Shown: piece by piece, positions 57,217 to 64,000 of the stretch | How the letters are laid out: each line of letters opens with the position of its first letter | Numbering within the stretch: the first letter of the stretch is position 1 | DNA from: Nitrosopumilaceae archaeon | GTDB lineage: Archaea; Thermoproteota; Nitrososphaeria; Nitrososphaerales; Nitrosopumilaceae | Length of the DNA stretch: 64,000 bases | Direction: 5' to 3' | Assembly (NCBI GenBank): GCA_965203465.1 | Contig: CBDBCR010000003.1 | Span: 1-64,000, forward strand | Translations under genes and position numbers: made by a program | The notes under the pieces: generated by a model | Seen by the model: only the letters and a program-made list of their open reading frames with translations | What the model was told of the DNA's origin: nothing | Databases searched by the model: none

Positions 57217-57845
57217 GGAATACGAGGACAACAGGAAGACGCTCAAGCGCCAGTTTTGGAGATCCGGCGCCTACTCAGGAAAAAGCGCGCAGGTTTTGCG
57301 AGCAGACCGGCGAAAAACTAGATGTGGTCAGGGAAAAAATAAAGACGGATGATCTGTTCAGATGGTTCTTTCTCAAAGATCCCATCAGGCAGAACGTGCA
57401 CGAACTGTATGCGGCCGCCTTCATAGAGAGCATAAACGCCGTGACCAACTTTAAAAAACTCGGATCCGACGAAATGTTTGTCATCAGCGGCGGCGTCGTA
57501 AAAAAATCAGACTTGGGCACCATGAAGCCCAAGAGCAAAAGCATCGACTTTTACTGGGAATGCGGCAGCAAGAAATTCTACGCCTTTCACAAATACGCCA
57601 AAGACTCAGGCGGGCATCAAGACAACCAATACCGAGATCTTCAAGTTTTCATCGGAGAGGCAAACACGTCGGGGATCAAGGACTCGTATTTTCTGGCCAT
57701 TGCCGACGGGGATTACTACAGCACAAATAACGGCAGGGCCCGAACGACAAAGATCGAACGGCTGAAGCAGATCGCCAACGGCAAGAACGTGTTCGCCATG
57801 ACCAGCGACGAACTGCCCAAATTCCTAGACGGCCTGGACTGCTAG
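57203..57845 (+). CDS. Putative restriction endonuclease (PD-(D/E)xK-like); probable +1 frameshift at T4 57254-57257
   Basis: KDPIRQNVHE, KSIDF, HKYAKDSGGHQDNQY, IADGDYY. TTG 57203 overlaps the MTase end but is out of frame with ORF 57324-57845. Confidence 0.65.
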
Positions 57846-57997
57846 CGGCCAGACGACGGCACGGCTGGACAGAGCACGGCAGCGTCCACGCGCTGGTTCA
57901 AATCTTGCAGGATGCCGGCGGATCGGATGCGGCCGGCAGAACGCGGTCCGCGCGGAGCTCGGGCCGGGCGCTGGTGCACCCGGGGCGGCCCGGACTC

Positions 57998-60900
57998 TCA
58001 CCGCCCGTCCGCGTTGAGGTACCCGAACAATACCTCGAAGAGCAGGCGGGCCCGCTCCTGCTCGGCGGCGATCGCCGCGCGCAGGCGCTCCTCTTCTGCC
58101 TGCCTGTCCGGCGAGGCCGGCGCGGGCGCGGCGGCGTCCAAGTCCGGCGCGGGCATCATCGCGTCCAGCACCCTCTGGGCCGCCTCGACCTGCGCGTACA
58201 GCCGGTCGCGGAACTCCGGATCCGAGCGGTCGTAGCCCTGCATGGGCGCGCCCTCCGCAAAGTACATCGACTCGTCGATGTCGTGGTACAGCCGCGACTG
58301 GTTGGCAAGCGGCATGTACAGGCCGTCTGGCGACAGTTTGAACAGCTGCCCAGACGGGTCTATCATGACGTCCCTGTTGGTCGAGTCGGGCGATATGGGG
58401 TACAGCACCAGATCCCCGCCGTTGACCTCGATTCCGGGCCGCCCGTCGAGCGGCTCGCCGGTTATCTTTATGCCGTGGTTGTAGTAGTTTTGCCACGAGT
58501 TGCGCTGCGTATCCCACACGTCGGTCCCCACGATGTCGAACTCGAGCGGGGCGCGGAAGGTGTGCCTTATGGTTATCCGGAGGCACTCCAGATCCGAGCC
58601 GGCTGAGCACTGCACCGTCTCGTGCTCCGCTGACAGGGTGTCCAGGTCGATGGCCCCGTCCGGATCTATCGCGGAGACGGCGCCGGTCCCGTCGTGCGAA
58701 ATGTCGTAGTTTATGACCGCCCTGCTCTCCGATATCACCTCGCCGGAGCGCAGCCCGAACGCCAAGGCCGCGTGCGAGACGTTCTGCGGGCCTTCGTTCT
58801 CGTACATTTTCAGCACCACGGTGTTCTCCTTGCCCACCTCCGACTCTATGAGCGGGTACGGGGTGAAAAAGTACTCCACGTCCGAGGACAGGCCGTTGTA
58901 CGAAAAGCCGCCCTCGACCAGCTTCGCGCCGTACTCGTCGTAGCCGAGCGTCGGCGGGGTGCAGTCGTCGCACTCCGAGCCGCCGCGCGGCGGCGGCTGC
59001 GAGACCCCGAAGAGGCTGAAGTGGCCGGTCCAGACCGAATCGGAATCCTCGTCGACGCAGGCGTCCGTATCGTAGGTGCCCGGCGGCCAGCCGTCGGGGA
59101 CCGACTGGGCCACGGGCAGCGCCGACGTGTCCCACGACGGATCGCAGGCCGGTATCGGCATGGGCACGCCCTGGAGGCCCACCGAAAAGACCAGCGCGCC
59201 GCGCAACGGAATGTCGAATTCCAGCAGGACCGGGCGGTCGAACACGATGTCGCGCCCCGGGTGGCCCACCTGCACGGCGGTGGTAAGGCCGTCGAAGAGC
59301 AGCGGGTAGGCCTCGCGCTGGTCTTCGGACAGGTGCGCCGTCGACGAGCTCGAAGCTATCGTGACGGCCTCGGCGAAGGTGGCCCCCGCCGACGTGATCG
59401 GCCCGAGGCCGCCCACCTGCGTGCCGGCCGGGAACGTGGCGTCGGGCAGCCCGAACGTGCGGGTGACTATGCGCAGCTCCGAACCGAGCACGGCCGCGCC
59501 CCCGCCGGCGGCGGACACGCGCGGGTCGGTGGCGGCCCCGGTGAGCGACGAGAGGTCGACTACGGGCTCTATGCCGGAGGGCGCCACGATCTCGCCCACC
59601 GTGCTCCCGCGGGCGAGCGGCATGGCCGGCGCCTCGAGCGTGACGGAGCTTCTCTGCGCGCCGGCCGTTACCTGCGCTGGGACGGCCGCGTTGCCCGCAG
59701 AGTCGGCCACGGCGCCGGCCGTCAGCGCGACCGCCGCGGGGACCGTGCCGGCCCCGGCCCACTCTACGAGTATCACCGTGCCCCCGGAGCCGACCACGCG
59801 CGAGGCGGGGACCGGCGCGGCCCCGTCCGCGGCTATGCCCGCATAGTGGGACGCGGACGCCGTCACCGGCTCGCCGTACATCAGGGTGACCGAATCCGAG
59901 CCGCTTATCCACGACGAGATCACGGACGGCGGCAGCGTGTCTATGATTACGTTGGGGCCGGTCAGGTGCCTTTCCGAGAATTCGGCCGGCGTGCCCGTGG
60001 CCGATATTATCTCGACGTATATGCTCAGCGGGCCCTGCGGGGCGCCGGACGGAACCGTGTAGGTCGCGTCGAAGCCGTCGGATCTGCCCTCGGCCGCCAC
60101 CGGCTGGCCGTTGACGCGCAGCACCGTAAGCCCGGGCGATATGGCGTCCTGGGTGCGCAGCGTTATCAGTATCTGTTTGCCGACGGTGGCCGGCCCGTCG
60201 TGCTGCGCGGTAAACTGCGATATCATCGCCGGCATTATGCGGTTGACGGATATCACCTGCGGGCCCGGCTCCAGCACGTTGCCGAACAGGTCCGAGACGG
60301 GCCCGGCCGTCCTCACGCCCGGCGCGTCGCGCGTCGAGAACGTGTCCGGGTTGGCCATGGTAATGGTCACGACGCCGGACATCTCCGAGACCGACGATAT
60401 GTCGTACCCAGGCACCTCAAAGTCGGACGTCTGGACCGTGCCGTCTGCCAAGTCTTCGCTGAACCGCACCACGATGGTGTCCGAGCTTGTCACCGAGGCC
60501 GATACCATCGATGGCGGCCGGCCGTCCTCTATCAGGATGTTGCCCGATATGGCCGTGACGGCGTTGCCAGACGTGTCGGTGAATTGCGGCGCCGAACCGG
60601 GCACCGTCAGCGAGAGCAGGCCTGGGGCGCCGGCGTTGGGCGCGGCCGATATGACCGCGAGCAGCGACTGGAGCACCGCAGGCTCTAGCGTCACAAAGAC
60701 GGACGCGCCCTGCGCCCTCGCCGTTCCCGCCAACGCCACGGGGTCGCCCGGCTTTGCAACCGAGACCTTGGAGAGCTCGCCCGCGAACGACGAGGCGTCC
60801 ATCGTCTCGCTAAAGCCGAATACGAATATCCCGTCGTCGGTGTTCAATACGGCGGAGTTCAGGGTTGGACGGGCGGTGTCCAGATCGATAGAGCTGAAGG

Positions 60901-63900
60901 CCGTCCCGGCAGAGGAGGCCTCGGCCCCCGAGACGTCGCGCAGGCCGCCGGACAGCAGGTCTATGTCGGACGGCGCGGCCGCTATTATCTCCTGGCGCTT
61001 TGCCTCCGATACGGTTATGGTTACCGTGGTTCCCGCGCTGTCCAAGACAGCCGAGGTTATGTCGGCCTCGGCGAATACAATGTTGGCCCCCGCCGTGCCT
61101 ATCTCGACGCGGGCCGCCTGCGCCGCGGTGGGCGCGGACATCTTTTCGTCGAACGTCAGGGATATGGTGCCGGCGCCCTCGTCCAGCGTCGCCGACTGGA
61201 GCTGCGGGGCCACGGTGTCCAGTGTTTGGCCGATCGCGTTGTCCGCCGCCGCCGCGATCGCGTTTCCGTCGGGGTCGCGCACCGCGCCGGCCGAGACGTC
61301 CAGCTGAGGCGTTTCCATCGCTATGACTGCCTGCCTGTCGGATTCGGTCAGAGTAAAGGAGACGGTGGCCGAATCTGCCGCGGTGGTGCGCGCCGAAGCC
61401 GACAGCGCCACGCCGCCCGAAGAGGCGCCTGCCTCGCGTATGGAGATGCCCGATTCGTTAATTTCAGAGGCGTCTATGGTCTCGGTGAACGTCAGCGTCA
61501 ATACGCCGGTGCCCTCGTTTAGCGCTGCCGACGAGAGGGCCGGGGCGATGCCGTCGGACACTGCCACGTGCGGCGATACGGTGGAGGCGAGCGGCTCGCC
61601 GGTCAAGTCTTCGATGTCTCCCGGACCTCTCACGTACTGGAGGCTCAGGTCGGGGTCGGTGTCGGGCAGATTACCGGACAGGCCCAGCACCACGGATGTG
61701 CCCGACGGGGCAGGATACTGCGACACGGCGACGTTTGAGTCGGTTCCGGACAGGACCCACGTGGTCGACGGGTTGGTCGAGGTTCCGCGGACAGCCTCCG
61801 TAAATGTGACCGTGATCGTGTTCAAGGAGGTGGCCTCTGCCGACGAGATAAAGGGCGCCAAGTTCTGCGTGACCGCCTCGCTGGCGCCGGCAAGCGCCAG
61901 GTCCGCGGTGTCCTTGATGTCGCCCGGAGGCTGCGCGTACGTCAGGGTCACGGCCCCTATCGGATCGGGGAACGCCGACGAGACGGTCAGCTCTACCGAG
62001 GTTCCGGAGAACGTGGCGTAGTTTGTGATCGTGCGGCCGCCCGCGCCGGCCCCCGAGAGCGTCCAGGTCGTGCCCGGCGCGGTGGCCGTGCCCGAGACGC
62101 TCTCCGAAAAGACGACCGTGATCTTGTCGGCCTCGCGCGATTCGGCCAGCTCGATGGTCGGCGCGATGCCGTCCGAGACCGGGGCGGTTCCCGACGCTTC
62201 GTTGCCGGCCGCGTCTTGCGCGTCGCCGGCGGCCGGATCGTAGCGCAGTACCACGCCGTCCGGCTTTGTATCCACCAGGTTGCCGCTCAGCGTGAGCACC
62301 AGCGAGGTGGATAGGGAAGATATGTCCGAGCTGCTGAGCACGGTGCGCGAGTTCCAGTCGCCGCCCGATATGGACCAGCCGGCGCCGGAGGTCCCGGTGG
62401 CCGTGACGCTCTCGCTGAAGGTGACGGTTATCTTGTCCAGTTCGGTGGCCCGGGCCGTAAACGTGGGCGCGATGCCGTCCGTCGCCGTGGCGGCCGCGTA
62501 GGCTGCCAAGTCGTTGCCCGACGCGTCCTCAATGTTGCCGCCCGAGTACGCCACGGTGACGGCCGGGTTGGTCTTGTCGGCGATGTCGCCGTCCAGGGTC
62601 AGGGTGGCGGTGCTGGCCGGGGAGCCGAACGCGATGGTCGAGACCGCCCTGCTTGCCGCGTCGGTGCCCGACAAGGTCCAGCCGGTCGGGGCGCCGGCCG
62701 GGTCGAGCCGGACCGGTTCGGAAAACGCCACCGCTATCGTGTTGCGCGACGTGGCCGTAACGGAGGTCACCGTAGGCGCGATGCCGTCGTCCGCCGCGGT
62801 CGCCGCGTACGCGGCAAGGTCGTTGCCCGACGCGTCCTCGATGTTGCCTCCCGAGTACGCCACGGTGATAGACGGGCTCGTGGTGCCGGCTATGTCCCTG
62901 TCCAGGTTCAGGGTGGCGCTGGTGCCGGATACGGATTCGGATATGCCCTGTATCGAAGCGACCTCGGCGCTGTTTGCGTCGGTACCCGATATGGCCCAGC
63001 CGAACGGGGCGGTGCCGGCGCCGGACAGCATCACGGCCTCCGAGAACGTAGCCACTATCGTGCGCGGGCCCGTCGCCTCGGCCGATTCGACCTCCGGGGC
63101 GATGCCGTCGCTTACCGTCACCGAGGCGTCGGCCAGGCTCCTCGACGAGGAATCCGATATCTCCACGGTCGTGCCCGGGCTAGGCGTGGCGTCGAACGCC
63201 AGCACGACGCCGTCCGGCTTCGTGTCGGGCAGGTCGCCGTCGAGCGTGACGGTCATGCTGCGCGTCTCCGATCCCAGCGGCGACAGGCCCGATACGCGCA
63301 GGCGGGCCGGGCTGTCCGCGTCGCCTCCCGACACCGACCAGGCCGAGAGCAGGTCCTGCGCCGAAGCGGAGCTGCTCACGTCCCTCGAGAACGTCACCAC
63401 GATTGTCCGTGGTCCGGTGGCCTCTGCCGACGTTACGGCGGGGCGCCGCTCGTCGGAGACCTGCGCGGCCGGTATGGCCGCCAGAACGAGCGAGGCGCCG
63501 TCCGTTATCGCGCCGCCGCCGTCGTAGGCCAGTTTCAGGTCCGTGAACGGCACGGGCAGCGCGGCGCCGCCCAGCTGTATCGTCATGGCGGAGCCGGCTA
63601 TCGCCGAGACCGACGATATCGCCCGGCCCGCCGCGTCGGTGCCCGACACCGCCCAGTTCGAGGCGGCGTTGGACGAGCTGGACACGGCCTCGCTGAACGA
63701 TACCGTGATGGTGCTGTCGTCGGTCAGCGCGAACGAGGCAGTCGGGGCGATGCCGTCAGATACCGGTATGCTCGCGCGCGCCTCGAGGGCGTTGGAGGCA
63801 AGGTCGGCAATGTCGCCCGAGCCCGAGCTCGCGTCGCTGCCCACGTTGCCCGCCGAGGTCTTGTAGAGCAGTACAGCGTTGTCCGGGTTCGTATCGCCCA

Positions 63901-64000
63901 GCGCTCCGGAGAGCGTCAAGACCGTCGAGAGGCCGCTAGAGGTGGCGGTGCTCGCCGTCACGTCAAGGCCGGCAGCGTCGGCGCCCGATACGGACCACCC
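57998..64000 (-). CDS. Giant Ig-like repeat surface protein (>2000 aa; 5' end outside window)
   Basis: ~13 beta-rich ~100-aa repeats delimited by D(G)xAP and I.V.FSE.V; thaumarchaeal C-terminal module W..HFS.F...DCTPPTLG...GFSYNG...YFTPYP. Confidence 0.88.
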   Translation of the reverse strand, partial: GWSVSGADAAGLDVTASTATSSGLSTVLTLSGALGDTNPDNAVLLYKTSAGNVGSDASSGSGDIADLASNALEARASIPVSDGIAPTASFALTDDSTITVSFSEAVSSSSNAASNWAVSGTDAAGRAISSVSAIAGSAMTIQLGGAALPVPFTDLKLAYDGGGAITDGASLVLAAIPAAQVSDERRPAVTSAEATGPRTIVVTFSRDVSSSASAQDLLSAWSVSGGDADSPARLRVSGLSPLGSETRSMTVTLDGDLPDTKPDGVVLAFDATPSPGTTVEISDSSSRSLADASVTVSDGIAPEVESAEATGPRTIVATFSEAVMLSGAGTAPFGWAISGTDANSAEVASIQGISESVSGTSATLNLDRDIAGTTSPSITVAYSGGNIEDASGNDLAAYAATAADDGIAPTVTSVTATSRNTIAVAFSEPVRLDPAGAPTGWTLSGTDAASRAVSTIAFGSPASTATLTLDGDIADKTNPAVTVAYSGGNIEDASGNDLAAYAAATATDGIAPTFTARATELDKITVTFSESVTATGTSGAGWSISGGDWNSRTVLSSSDISSLSTSLVLTLSGNLVDTKPDGVVLRYDPAAGDAQDAAGNEASGTAPVSDGIAPTIELAESREADKITVVFSESVSGTATAPGTTWTLSGAGAGGRTITNYATFSGTSVELTVSSAFPDPIGAVTLTYAQPPGDIKDTADLALAGASEAVTQNLAPFISSAEATSLNTITVTFTEAVRGTSTNPSTTWVLSGTDSNVAVSQYPAPSGTSVVLGLSGNLPDTDPDLSLQYVRGPGDIEDLTGEPLASTVSPHVAVSDGIAPALSSAALNEGTGVLTLTFTETIDASEINESGISIREAGASSGGVALSASARTTAADSATVSFTLTESDRQAVIAMETPQLDVSAGAVRDPDGNAIAAAADNAIGQTLDTVAPQLQSATLDEGAGTISLTFDEKMSAPTAAQAARVEIGTAGANIVFAEADITSAVLDSAGTTVTITVSEAKRQEIIAAAPSDIDLLSGGLRDVSGAEASSAGTAFSSIDLDTARPTLNSAVLNTDDGIFVFGFSETMDASSFAGELSKVSVAKPGDPVALAGTARAQGASVFVTLEPAVLQSLLAVISAAPNAGAPGLLSLTVPGSAPQFTDTSGNAVTAISGNILIEDGRPPSMVSASVTSSDTIVVRFSEDLADGTVQTSDFEVPGYDISSVSEMSGVVTITMANPDTFSTRDAPGVRTAGPVSDLFGNVLEPGPQVISVNRIMPAMISQFTAQHDGPATVGKQILITLRTQDAISPGLTVLRVNGQPVAAEGRSDGFDATYTVPSGAPQGPLSIYVEIISATGTPAEFSERHLTGPNVIIDTLPPSVISSWISGSDSVTLMYGEPVTASASHYAGIAADGAAPVPASRVVGSGGTVILVEWAGAGTVPAAVALTAGAVADSAGNAAVPAQVTAGAQRSSVTLEAPAMPLARGSTVGEIVAPSGIEPVVDLSSLTGAATDPRVSAAGGGAAVLGSELRIVTRTFGLPDATFPAGTQVGGLGPITSAGATFAEAVTIASSSSTAHLSEDQREAYPLLFDGLTTAVQVGHPGRDIVFDRPVLLEFDIPLRGALVFSVGLQGVPMPIPACDPSWDTSALPVAQSVPDGWPPGTYDTDACVDEDSDSVWTGHFSLFGVSQPPPRGGSECDDCTPPTLGYDEYGAKLVEGGFSYNGLSSDVEYFFTPYPLIESEVGKENTVVLKMYENEGPQNVSHAALAFGLRSGEVISESRAVINYDISHDGTGAVSAIDPDGAIDLDTLSAEHETVQCSAGSDLECLRITIRHTFRAPLEFDIVGTDVWDTQRNSWQNYYNHGIKITGEPLDGRPGIEVNGGDLVLYPISPDSTNRDVMIDPSGQLFKLSPDGLYMPLANQSRLYHDIDESMYFAEGAPMQGYDRSDPEFRDRLYAQVEAAQRVLDAMMPAPDLDAAAPAPASPDRQAEEERLRAAIAAEQERARLLFEVLFGYLNADGR
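62469..62869. repeat. Recent intragenic duplication within the surface protein
   Basis: VAYSGGNIEDASGNDLAAYAATA..DGIAP is encoded twice (~62469-62559 and ~62779-62869) with high nucleotide identity. Confidence 0.8.

Noticed and set aside
1-64000. tRNA, rRNA, CRISPR array, provirus
   Set aside because: No cloverleaf, rRNA signature, repeat-spacer periodicity, or capsid/terminase/integrase genes were recognised by eye.

Overview
This is a GC-rich ammonia-oxidising archaeal (Thaumarchaeota/Nitrososphaerota, Nitrosopumilaceae-like) chromosome segment. The assignment rests on lineage-typical genes: CFI-box-CTERM protein, CdvC/Vps4, the atpF-Zn-dehydrogenase-LsrF operon, split methylmalonyl-CoA mutase B12 subunit and thaumarchaeal C-terminal surface motifs. 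High GC, TPR expansion, giant Ig-repeat surface proteins and many IS elements suggest a sponge/invertebrate symbiont (inference). The core backbone (PIN-ATPase, DtxR, nadM, ilvC, lig, egtD/egtB, carAB, cdvC, M3 peptidase, LLM oxidoreductase, Fe-ADH, glycerate kinase, RidA, DHH) is interrupted by accessory DNA. (1) A ~10.9-kb tandem array of five paralogous TPR genes, each with the same promoter module and invariant 16-mer; four of the five carry a single +/-1 frameshift in a homopolymer run (phase variation or sequencing error). (2) A low-GC Thr1-type proteasome-beta-like Ntn hydrolase gene split by an IS5/ISL2-type element. (3) Two copies of an unannotated ISH3-like MITE/deleted IS. (4) An orphan triple Venus-flytrap protein between egtD and egtB. 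(5) A defence-like island with microprotein-PIN-ParB (in-frame amber codon) and an MTase-endonuclease pair. (6) A candidate tandem COMMD-helical-domain-like protein. (7) A >2000-aa Ig-repeat surface protein that runs off the right end. No tRNA, rRNA or CRISPR array was seen. All family calls come from motif recognition by eye; no searches were run.
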